Source of the DNA: Bacilli bacterium
GTDB taxonomy: Bacteria; Bacillota_I; Bacilli_A; ML615J-28; CAG-698
Assembly: GCA_031553555.1 (NCBI GenBank)
Contig: JAVBLL010000018.1
Span: forward strand, 62,191-126,190
DNA: 64,000 bases
Direction of reading: 5' to 3'
The position numbers and the translations under genes were made by a program. The notes under the pieces were generated by a model, which saw only the letters and a list, made by a program, of their open reading frames with translations, did not search any database and was not told the origin of the DNA. How positions within the stretch are numbered: position 1 is the stretch's first letter; every line of letters begins with the position of its first letter. This document shows positions 38,905 through 47,452 of this stretch, piece after piece.

Positions 38905-40687
38905 TAATTACCTCGATAATATTTTCTTTAATTATACTTAAACCATTTATAATGATATTATTAATAATATCAATTTCATCCTTTGTAAAAATAATATCAA
39001 AATTATCGGGTATAGTTAATATATTACATCCCATAAAAAGTTTGTCATAAAGTCCATCATATGTTTGTTTAATACCAATAAAATCAATATACAAGGAATT
39101 AGCACAATCATCACATATATTCCATAAATTCAAAACTTTACTACATTTAAAATCTTCGGCAATGACTTCATCAAAATCATAAATGGCAACTTCATCTAGC
39201 AAATTCCATTTTTTTAATAACGCATAATTTTGACATTCTTGTTCAGTTGAAAAGAATATAATCTTATTCTTTTTTATTATTACACCATCTTTGGTTAAAC
39301 CATCTTCATCATCAGTATACCATATACAATAGTGGTGGATATTATCATATATTAGGTTAATTAAATATTTCTCTGTTTTGGTTTTTTTGATTTTTTTATA
39401 TGCCCAACTACTAATATCACTATTTGAATCCCAACAACATTCTTCCAAAATTTTTGAGTTAAGCAATTTATATTTTTCCATTTTTTCCACAATTCTTTCA
39501 CGACAATAAGAACATGAGGTTTTTTCGTATATTAATTTTAATAGATTTTTAGAAACATTTTTATTATCTTTAATTAAATCCTCAATTGCCAAAAAAGCAC
39601 TATGCCAATTTTTATCTTTTGCTTGGAAGCAGTTAATTGTTTTTAAGTATTTTTCTATTAATATTTCATCGTCCTTATGATAATTATTACAAATTATGGT
39701 TATGGCAGATGATACTTCAATATTAGCGTTAAATAAACTAATTGCATAATTATGTACTTTTTCAGATTTAATTATCTCTAAAGCATTAAAGGCTTTATAT
39801 CTCAATTCATCATTCAAATTTTTTGAATATTCTATTAAATATTCCTCACTTAGAGGAAACGGAATATATTCAAAAACAACAAGCATATCTGCTTTAGTGT
39901 CTAGGTTTTCTTCTTCAATAAGTAGTTTAGCAAACTTTTCAATTTCTTGTGGTTCTGCCGTATTTGCAAATTTTCTTGCATATCTGAAATCATATGTATA
40001 TCTTGGTTGTTTGGGAGCCAATAATAATTCTTGTATACTTATCGTTTGGGCTTCACTTTCTTCAATATCATAATTACGTTTTGCATAATTATTATATTCT
40101 ATTTTTTTAAAGTATTCAAAAACTTTGTCTTCGCCAAATTGATCCAAGGCAACACTCATGAACCAATCAAATTGATGGACTTTTTTTCCAGAATCATTAT
40201 CAAAAGACAATTTTAAGTCTTTAATAATTTTTTTGAATGATCTAAAGCCATCCAAGTATACTATATTCAAACAAACATTTTCTAAATAACTAATTTGCGG
40301 ATTATCTTCTTGACAGTTATGTTTATTAAAATAATCTATTAGTTTATCATATATATTATATAATTCTTTTTTTGCTCTATCGTTTCCATAATGAGCAAAT
40401 TGAAATATTAAATCATTTAATTGATTTGTTGAATTCTGATCTTTGGAGTTAATATTGTATTTATTAATTATTTGATCGAGAAAAAATTCATTATCATCAA
40501 ATTTTGATAAAGCCTGATATAAATGCCAGCCTCGATGCCCTTCAAATATTACATTAAAACAAGTATTATTCAAGCATGCCCAAAGGACTATGTCTTTGTA
40601 TTGTGATATATCATCAGTTCTTTTCAGCTCAATAATGGCACTTCCCAAGCCCCTTCTAATGCTTTCTTTGAATTGCTTTTTTGTCAT
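38885..40687 (-). CDS. Hypothetical 600-aa cytoplasmic protein, Cys/Trp/Tyr-rich, no known domain recognised
   Basis: Long intact ORF with coding-like composition. CSYCRERIVEKM and CDDCANS Cys pairs. 2-nt gap to the upstream lipoprotein gene. Confidence 0.4.
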   Translation of the reverse strand: MTKKQFKESIRRGLGSAIIELKRTDDISQYKDIVLWACLNNTCFNVIFEGHRGWHLYQALSKFDDNEFFLDQIINKYNINSKDQNSTNQLNDLIFQFAHYGNDRAKKELYNIYDKLIDYFNKHNCQEDNPQISYLENVCLNIVYLDGFRSFKKIIKDLKLSFDNDSGKKVHQFDWFMSVALDQFGEDKVFEYFKKIEYNNYAKRNYDIEESEAQTISIQELLLAPKQPRYTYDFRYARKFANTAEPQEIEKFAKLLIEEENLDTKADMLVVFEYIPFPLSEEYLIEYSKNLNDELRYKAFNALEIIKSEKVHNYAISLFNANIEVSSAITIICNNYHKDDEILIEKYLKTINCFQAKDKNWHSAFLAIEDLIKDNKNVSKNLLKLIYEKTSCSYCRERIVEKMEKYKLLNSKILEECCWDSNSDISSWAYKKIKKTKTEKYLINLIYDNIHHYCIWYTDDEDGLTKDGVIIKKNKIIFFSTEQECQNYALLKKWNLLDEVAIYDFDEVIAEDFKCSKVLNLWNICDDCANSLYIDFIGIKQTYDGLYDKLFMGCNILTIPDNFDIIFTKDEIDIINNIIINGLSIIKENIIEVINEETNR

Positions 40688-40689
40688 TT

Positions 40690-41241
40690 TTACCTCTTTT
40701 GATTTAATAATGTGAAACCTTCTTGATATATATTTTTTAATAATTGTTCCTCATCAACATTCAAAACTGTTAAATATTTTTCATTAACCTCGTCATATAT
40801 TGTTGCGATATGATGTTTAACAATCTCACCCTCTACTATAAAGTATAAATCAGGTACTGCTAAAATCGTTTTGTCATCTCTAATAATTAAATCATCGACT
40901 TGATTATCTATCAAAGTTAATAACTTATGATATTCATCGGTATTATTTGTACGCATTTCAAAAATATCTAAATAAAAAATTGTTTCAACATTATTATCTT
41001 TTCCTATGTTATTAATAATTGGTATACATACTTTACAATAAGGACATGAATATTGGGTGCTATTATAAACTAGCAATATAGCTCCTGTTCCATTTTCAAA
41101 AAAGTTATATGCTTTATAATAATCAACTTTTTCAAATATATGATCGGTATTTTTCATATATGGAAAATCAGTAATAAATGGATCTTTTTGGCAACCAAAT
41201 AAAAAGATTGTTAATATAAAAATAAGAAATAGTTTTCTCAT
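40690..41241 (-). CDS. Thioredoxin-fold lipoprotein with glutaredoxin-like CPYC active site (extracytoplasmic thiol-disulfide oxidoreductase candidate)
   Basis: Signal peptide plus lipobox LFGC (Cys ~20 from MRKLF start). YSCPYCKVC active-site motif. ~180 aa. Confidence 0.5.
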   Translation of the reverse strand: MRKLFLIFILTIFLFGCQKDPFITDFPYMKNTDHIFEKVDYYKAYNFFENGTGAILLVYNSTQYSCPYCKVCIPIINNIGKDNNVETIFYLDIFEMRTNNTDEYHKLLTLIDNQVDDLIIRDDKTILAVPDLYFIVEGEIVKHHIATIYDEVNEKYLTVLNVDEEQLLKNIYQEGFTLLNQKR

Positions 41242-41242
41242 A

Positions 41243-41629
41243 CTATTCCTCATTCCCTTTACTCTCTTCTTTTACCATGTCATCTTTTTGTTCTTTGATA
41301 AACTGTGGTAAACGATCCCTCAAACTTTTAAAACCTATTGTGAATTTTGGAACTACACCTTTTGTGCCTCTTATTTTATTCAGGCTTTTATAACTTAATT
41401 TTAAACGTCTCTTATCATCATCCACGTCAACAATTTTTAATTTAACCTTTTCACCAACGGCTACAAAATCTTTAATGTCTCGAACAAAATTATCGGAAAA
41501 CTCTGATATATGAATTAAACCAGTATATTCTCCAACATCAACAAAAGCACCATAACCAATTATATTAGTTATTATGCCATAAACTATCTCTCCCTTTTTC
41601 ATACTATAATAAACCTCTATTAACTTCAT
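41243..41629 (-). CDS. S1 RNA-binding domain protein (YugI/GSP13-like)
   Basis: GEIVYGIITNIIGYGAFVDVGEYTGLIHISEF S1 motif. 128 aa. Confidence 0.7.
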   Translation of the reverse strand: MKLIEVYYSMKKGEIVYGIITNIIGYGAFVDVGEYTGLIHISEFSDNFVRDIKDFVAVGEKVKLKIVDVDDDKRRLKLSYKSLNKIRGTKGVVPKFTIGFKSLRDRLPQFIKEQKDDMVKEESKGNEE

Positions 41630-41848
41630 TATAACATATTATGGCTCATTTTAAAACAATTATTTTTAAAAAAGAAAAAGAAAGCAAAAATTTGTTATTA
41701 ACGTAGCCAACGTAATAAAATGATTAATTATATTTACAATTTTTAAAATTTTAATACTAAATCAATATTTCTATGTTATAATAATTCATATAAGCATTAT
41801 TGAAATTAACTTTATTTATATTAATTATTAAAAATGGAGGCTATATTT

Positions 41849-42523
41849 ATGTTTAATATTTTAGTTGCTGAAGATGACAAAAACACACGTAAATTAATGA
41901 GTGCCATTTTAAAGAATAACGGCTATGATGTATATACGGCAGTTGATGGAATTGATGCTTTAGATGTTTTAGATAAACAACATATTGATTTGATTATTGT
42001 TGATGTAATGATGCCTAAAATGAATGGCTTTGAAATGACCCAAATCATTCGTAAAAGTGGCTCGACTATTCCGATGTTAATCGTTTCAGCAAAACAATCT
42101 AAACAAGATAAACATTATGGATTTATCGTGGGAATTGATGACTATATGACTAAGCCTGTTGATGAAGATGAAATGCTTTTACGAATCAAAGCTTTATTGA
42201 GAAGGTCACAAATTGTTTATGAACAAAAATTGATTATTGGTAATATTACTTTAGATTATAATAATTTAACAATTATTAAGAATAATGAAAGTGTTATATT
42301 ACCAAAAAAAGAATTTTATTTACTATACAAATTATTATCCTATCCAGACCATATCTTTACTCGATTTCAGCTTATGGAGGAAATATGGGGAATGGATACA
42401 GAAACAGATGAACATACGGTTGATGTTCATATAAATAGATTAAGATCAAAATTAATAGATATAAGTGAATTTGAAATACTTACAATTCGTGGACTTGGTT
42501 ATAAGGCGGTTAAAAATATATGA
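41849..42523 (+). CDS. OmpR-family response regulator (paralog of 15029-15697)
   Basis: MFNILVAEDD..., DLIIVDVMMP, winged-helix C-domain. GGAGG RBS upstream of ATG 41849. Confidence 0.85.
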   Translation: MFNILVAEDDKNTRKLMSAILKNNGYDVYTAVDGIDALDVLDKQHIDLIIVDVMMPKMNGFEMTQIIRKSGSTIPMLIVSAKQSKQDKHYGFIVGIDDYMTKPVDEDEMLLRIKALLRRSQIVYEQKLIIGNITLDYNNLTIIKNNESVILPKKEFYLLYKLLSYPDHIFTRFQLMEEIWGMDTETDEHTVDVHINRLRSKLIDISEFEILTIRGLGYKAVKNI

Positions 42524-43560
42524 GAAAAAGAACTAGCAAGAACCGCTTAACCTTAACGTACTCTCTAACAATATTTTTAATATTATTAGGTACAGTGGGA
42601 ATAGTTTTATTGATCTCCTTATTAATAAACTGGTTGTGGCCAACTTTATTAGAAAACCTTGTCATTTATGGGATTTTTCTTCTACTAGTTTTAAGTATGA
42701 TACTTGGAACTTTGTTTTCTTCTATATACTTCAATCAATATGCAAAGATAGTAGATAATTTTCTGATTGCTTTAGATGAAATGTCCAATGGAAATTTTAA
42801 TTATCAAATCGAGGAAAAATATTCGGGACTTCTTAGAGATGTTGCTATAAAATTTAACGCTACTATTAAGGAATTAAATAGTGTTGAATTATTAAAAGAA
42901 GATTTTGCACGAAATTTTTCTCATGAATTTAAAACACCTATTGTTTCTATTAGGGGCTTTGCCAAACTATTGATGAATCCATCTTTATCCGATGAAGATA
43001 AAACCGAATATTCAAAAATAATCTATGAGGAATCAAATCGCCTTGCCAATCTTGCCTCAAATATTTTATTAATATCAAAATTAGAAAGCCAAGCCATTGT
43101 CAGTGAGAAAAACAAGTTTTTTATTGATGAACAAATTAGAGAAGTTGTTATTCTTCTAGAAAAACAATGGATTCAGAAAAACATAACTATTAATATCAAT
43201 CAAGAACAAAATATTAGTTATTTTGGAAATGAGGATTTATTAAAACAAATATGGATAAATTTACTTGATAATGCTATAAAATTCTCAAATGAAAATGGCA
43301 ATATTGAAATAAATTCTTCTATAGAAAATGAAAATATTATCGTTGCTATCAAAGATTTTGGAATTGGTATGTCTGATGAAACTTCATCACATATCTTTGA
43401 ACGTTATTTTCAAAATGATAAATCTCGTTCATATGATGGTAATGGTTTAGGTTTGTCGATCGTTAAAGAAATAATTAATTTGCATAAAGGTCAAATCATC
43501 GTGAAGACAACATTAAATGAAGGTAGTACCTTTATTATCACTTTACCAAACTCAATTTAA
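42520..43560 (+). CDS. Intramembrane-sensing histidine kinase (paralog of 14025-15032)
   Basis: Two TM with short loop. H-box SHEFKTPIVSIRGF. HATPase motifs. Confidence 0.8.
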   Translation: MRKRTSKNRLTLTYSLTIFLILLGTVGIVLLISLLINWLWPTLLENLVIYGIFLLLVLSMILGTLFSSIYFNQYAKIVDNFLIALDEMSNGNFNYQIEEKYSGLLRDVAIKFNATIKELNSVELLKEDFARNFSHEFKTPIVSIRGFAKLLMNPSLSDEDKTEYSKIIYEESNRLANLASNILLISKLESQAIVSEKNKFFIDEQIREVVILLEKQWIQKNITININQEQNISYFGNEDLLKQIWINLLDNAIKFSNENGNIEINSSIENENIIVAIKDFGIGMSDETSSHIFERYFQNDKSRSYDGNGLGLSIVKEIINLHKGQIIVKTTLNEGSTFIITLPNSI

Positions 43561-43612
43561 AAACTTCCTAACTCTAAGGTATTTATTTCACCTTGAGATT
43601 AGGAAGTTTTTT
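43561..43612. terminator. Bidirectional terminator between convergent kinase and fakA
   Basis: Stem AAACTTCCTAACTC/GAGATTAGGAAGTTT, with inner AAGGT/ACCTT. T6 follows. Confidence 0.6.
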
Positions 43613-43623
43613 ATATGCTATTT

Positions 43624-45300
43624 TTATTCAATAGATAAAATAAAACTATAAATATCTTGTTTACCATTTATAAACTGATATTCTAAATTTTTAAATTCTT
43701 TGTTTAAATAATCAGTAATTTCAGTAATCATTTCGTTACTTACATCTTTTCCATAAAAGATAGTTAAAACATCTTTTTCTTTAATACTTTTAATGGACTT
43801 CAAAAGTTCTTTGAATGTTTCGCTTTGTGAATGACCTTTTGCAATTATATCATGATTATATATGCCAATAAAATCATCTACCTTAATATTCAATTCATTA
43901 AATTCGCAGTCTCTAGTGGCATATGTTATTAGTCCGATATCAACCTCTTTAACTGTAACCATTAAGTCATCTTTAATTTTCTCAATATCATCATAACTAA
44001 TATCTATCATTGTTGCTGCTGCGTAGCCTTCAGCGATGTTTTTTGTGGGCACAACATGGACCTTTGCCTTTATGTAATTGAGAGCCGCTTGTTCTGCTGT
44101 TAAAATAATATTACTATTATTAGGAAACACCAATATATATTCAGCATTTAGTTCATCAAAAATTTTTATGAAATCCTCTATTGAGGGGTTCATTGTTTGC
44201 CCGCCTTCAACAATTTTATCTATACCTATTTCTTTAAATGTTTCTATTATACCTTCGCCACTTGCTACTGACACTGTGGCATATTTTTTAAATGATACTT
44301 CCTCATCTTCTACATTTATCTTATTAGCATAATTCAACATAGTTACATTTTCATTATGTTGAATAGTCATATTTTCAATTTTTAATGAGATAAATTCTCC
44401 AAATTGTTGACAGTATTTTAAGATATCACCAGGGGATTTTGTATGAACATGAATTTTTATAATACTTTCGTCTTTAATAGCAACGATTGAATCCCCAACT
44501 GTTTCTAAATAATTAGTTACTGTTTCAATTGGAAAGTTTATAACATCAACTTTTTTATTTAATAACTGAATAATAAATTCAGTGCAATAACCATAATCAA
44601 AGTCACTATTTGGGTTGAAGCTGGCAATTTGTGAAGTTTTCCCAATTGATTCAATATTACAAGCAATTGTTTCACCGACTAACCCTTTGGCCATGCCTTC
44701 AAGAATATAAATATATCCAGCCCCACCACTATCTATAACTCCAGCTTTTTTTAATACAGGAAGTAAATCCGGAGTTCGTTTTAAGGAAGCGTGCGCTTCT
44801 GATAGTAAATAAGCAAAATATTCTTCTATCGTTGAGGAATCATTAATCTTTGAATATGCATACTCAGCTGCTTCTCTAGCAACAGTTAAAATAGTACCTT
44901 CGACTGGTTCCATTACTGCTTTATACGCTTGGTCTACACCAAGTTTAAAAGCTTGTCCTAACTGGACTGCATTAACATTTTCATATCCTTCCATGCCTAA
45001 ATAAATACCTTTAAATAATTGGGATAATATGACTCCAGAATTTCCTCTAGCTCCCATTAATGCTCCCTTATATAATTCTTTTGAGATGTTATTAATAGAA
45101 GTTTCTTGATTATTTTTAATAGCTTCAGTTCCTGATTCTATTGTCTTTAACATATTAAAGCCAGTATCACCATCTGGAACAGGAAAAACATTTAATGAAT
45201 CGACCGTCTTTTGATATTGGCGTAAATTATTTGCACCATTAATAACAATATTTTTAAATAGTTGTCCATTTAAAACTGTTGTCGTTATTGCTCTTTCCAT
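43624..45300 (-). CDS. fakA: Fatty acid kinase ATP-binding subunit FakA (DAK2-domain protein, YloV family)
   Basis: Dak2 N-domain (PVPDGDTGFNM). 558 aa. Immediately downstream of a DegV gene. Confidence 0.8.
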   Translation of the reverse strand: MERAITTTVLNGQLFKNIVINGANNLRQYQKTVDSLNVFPVPDGDTGFNMLKTIESGTEAIKNNQETSINNISKELYKGALMGARGNSGVILSQLFKGIYLGMEGYENVNAVQLGQAFKLGVDQAYKAVMEPVEGTILTVAREAAEYAYSKINDSSTIEEYFAYLLSEAHASLKRTPDLLPVLKKAGVIDSGGAGYIYILEGMAKGLVGETIACNIESIGKTSQIASFNPNSDFDYGYCTEFIIQLLNKKVDVINFPIETVTNYLETVGDSIVAIKDESIIKIHVHTKSPGDILKYCQQFGEFISLKIENMTIQHNENVTMLNYANKINVEDEEVSFKKYATVSVASGEGIIETFKEIGIDKIVEGGQTMNPSIEDFIKIFDELNAEYILVFPNNSNIILTAEQAALNYIKAKVHVVPTKNIAEGYAAATMIDISYDDIEKIKDDLMVTVKEVDIGLITYATRDCEFNELNIKVDDFIGIYNHDIIAKGHSQSETFKELLKSIKSIKEKDVLTIFYGKDVSNEMITEITDYLNKEFKNLEYQFINGKQDIYSFILSIE

Positions 45301-45303
45301 ATT

Positions 45304-46191
45304 CTATTCTCCTAATATCGTTATTTCTTTGCCATAAAAATATATCGCTATTGTTCCAGGACCAGTTGAGGCACCAATTATAGGACCAATATCGTTAATG
45401 ATTATTTCTTTGCATGATATTTCTTGTTCGATTTTTATTTTCACATATTCAAAATCATTATCACAATCAGCATGCAATATTGCTATTGTTTGATTTTGTG
45501 GATCTTCTATTTCTTTTTTTACAATATTGATAAGTTCATCAAGTGATTTTTGGCGACCTTTGACCTTTTTAAAAGCAAAATTATTGCCTTTAATATCAGA
45601 AATAATTATTGGCTTCACTCCTAAAATATTTCCAAAAAACGCTGATGTTGCTTTAATACGGCCAGCTTTCTTTAAATATTCCAAAGTTTCAGTAGTACCA
45701 ACTTGATGAAAACACAATTTATGTTTCTCAATATGTTCCGATATTTCCTCGAAAGATTTCCCTTCTTCTTTCATAGAGGCTGCTTTCATTACCATTAATC
45801 CTTGCCCCATAGAACCATTTAGTGAATCAATACATATGATTTTTGCATCAGGGAATTTTTTCAGCAAATCACCACGAACAATATAACTAATATTGACAGA
45901 ACCAGATAATGCCGATGAACAGCCAATATAAAGAATATCTTTTTTTTGTTTTAAGTACTTTATGAAAACATTCATATATTCCATTACGGGAACTTGTGTG
46001 GTTTTTATAACCTCACCATCTCTCATCCATCCATATAATTCTTTAGCGGTATATACATCCCAATCTAAACTGGCTGGAAGTTCTTGCGAATTACGCACAA
46101 TATTCATCTTGACATAATCAATTCCATACTTTGCTCTGATTTCCTTGCTTAGATCACATGTGGAATCAGTTATAATAACAAAATCTTTCAT
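45304..46191 (-). CDS. fakB: DegV family fatty-acid-binding protein FakB
   Basis: MKDFVIITDSTCDL. 295 aa. 3-nt gap to fakA. Confidence 0.85.
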   Translation of the reverse strand: MKDFVIITDSTCDLSKEIRAKYGIDYVKMNIVRNSQELPASLDWDVYTAKELYGWMRDGEVIKTTQVPVMEYMNVFIKYLKQKKDILYIGCSSALSGSVNISYIVRGDLLKKFPDAKIICIDSLNGSMGQGLMVMKAASMKEEGKSFEEISEHIEKHKLCFHQVGTTETLEYLKKAGRIKATSAFFGNILGVKPIIISDIKGNNFAFKKVKGRQKSLDELINIVKKEIEDPQNQTIAILHADCDNDFEYVKIKIEQEISCKEIIINDIGPIIGASTGPGTIAIYFYGKEITILGE

Positions 46192-46351
46192 TTTTCTGCT
46201 CCCTTAAGACAATAAGGCCATTATATTACTATTCATTATAACAAAGGAAAATCAACTCAATATCAACTTTTCGACTTTTTTTGACAAACTCATTAAAAAA
46301 TTTTTTAGACAAATACTTATAGTTCAAATGCTCAACTTGTGTTTATTCTAA

Positions 46352-46400
46352 AGTAAATAAAAACACTTGAATCCATAATTATATTGGATTCAAATGTTTT
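46352..46400. terminator. Terminator downstream of nifU-like gene
   Basis: Stem ACACTTGAATCCA/TGGATTCAAATGT with 9-nt loop. Flanking A and T runs. Confidence 0.5.
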
Positions 46401-46468
46401 GAATTTTATTTTATATCACTATATTACTAGTATTTTTTATATTATTAATTCTAGTTATAAACAACCAA

Positions 46469-46711
46469 TTAATCTTGCTCTGCAAGTTCAACGCCAATGA
46501 CACCTGGAACCTCTTCTAATAACAACGACTCTATGCCGTCCTTCATAGTCAGATCAATACTAGCGCAACCAACACAAGCACCTAACATTTTTACATATAC
46601 AATGCCATCAATATACTTAACGAATTCAACATCGCCGCCATCTTGTTGAAGATAAGGTCGAATTTTATTTAATATGTTTTTTATTTGAATCTCTATTTTA
46701 TTTTGTTCCAT
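46469..46711 (-). CDS. NifU-like (Nfu) C-terminal domain Fe-S cluster carrier protein
   Basis: LGACVGCASIDLT CxxC motif. 80 aa. Confidence 0.75.
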   Translation of the reverse strand: MEQNKIEIQIKNILNKIRPYLQQDGGDVEFVKYIDGIVYVKMLGACVGCASIDLTMKDGIESLLLEEVPGVIGVELAEQD

Positions 46712-46774
46712 ATAATACCTCTACAAACTATTACTATTATACTCCAATTTAGTTTTTTTTACAAGTAAAAATAC

Positions 46775-47413
46775 TTAATTATCATAAACATCTGGAATAA
46801 GATTTTTAGTATTATAATAATATCTAGGAACAGTACCTTGAATAATTTGCATAGCAACCGGAATATGACATTCAATTGTTGACATGCCTTTTTTTAATGG
46901 AATTACTGTGTCAATATTAATTGCCACTTTAATATATATTTGAAATAAACTATTATTTATGCCATATTCAGAAATATCCGTCATAACATCGCAAGTATAA
47001 CGCCCAACTGGATAAATATGGATTTTTAAGTTAGGTGGCATATTAGAAAATAAAGTTTCACCAAGAATTATTCCTAGCGGCAATTCTAAGGTAGTATTAT
47101 CTAGTTCATTTAAGCTTTCATTAATTGATTTATTGACACCAGCCATTATTTGATTAACTTGATTTGTATTAATTAAGACACTTGTTACAATATCATCGCT
47201 ACCTTTATTCATATAATATAACTTGTCAATATCAATATTATTAACAACTTCTTTTCGAATAGCTTCTTCAATGTAACTTGATGCATAAATGGTTGTTTTA
47301 TTTGAAATATAGACCTCTACACGCTCACTAAAATAACCATTCAAAAAATTAATGGTTAATAACAATAATCCTATGACAATAAAAAAAATAACATAAACTT
47401 TTAGTTTTTTCAT
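46775..47413 (-). CDS. yunB: Sporulation protein YunB homolog
   Basis: N-terminal TM. LPLGIILGETLFSNMPPNLKIHIYPVG...IYIKVAINIDTVIPL resembles B. subtilis YunB IPLGLAVNNTLFANLGPSIPITVLPIG...IYLHVTVDIEVIIPL. The YunB sequence is recalled from memory. Confidence 0.5.
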   Translation of the reverse strand: MKKLKVYVIFFIVIGLLLLTINFLNGYFSERVEVYISNKTTIYASSYIEEAIRKEVVNNIDIDKLYYMNKGSDDIVTSVLINTNQVNQIMAGVNKSINESLNELDNTTLELPLGIILGETLFSNMPPNLKIHIYPVGRYTCDVMTDISEYGINNSLFQIYIKVAINIDTVIPLKKGMSTIECHIPVAMQIIQGTVPRYYYNTKNLIPDVYDN

Positions 47414-47452
47414 ACTATAGTTTATGTTATATATTATTAAATAATAATCAAT

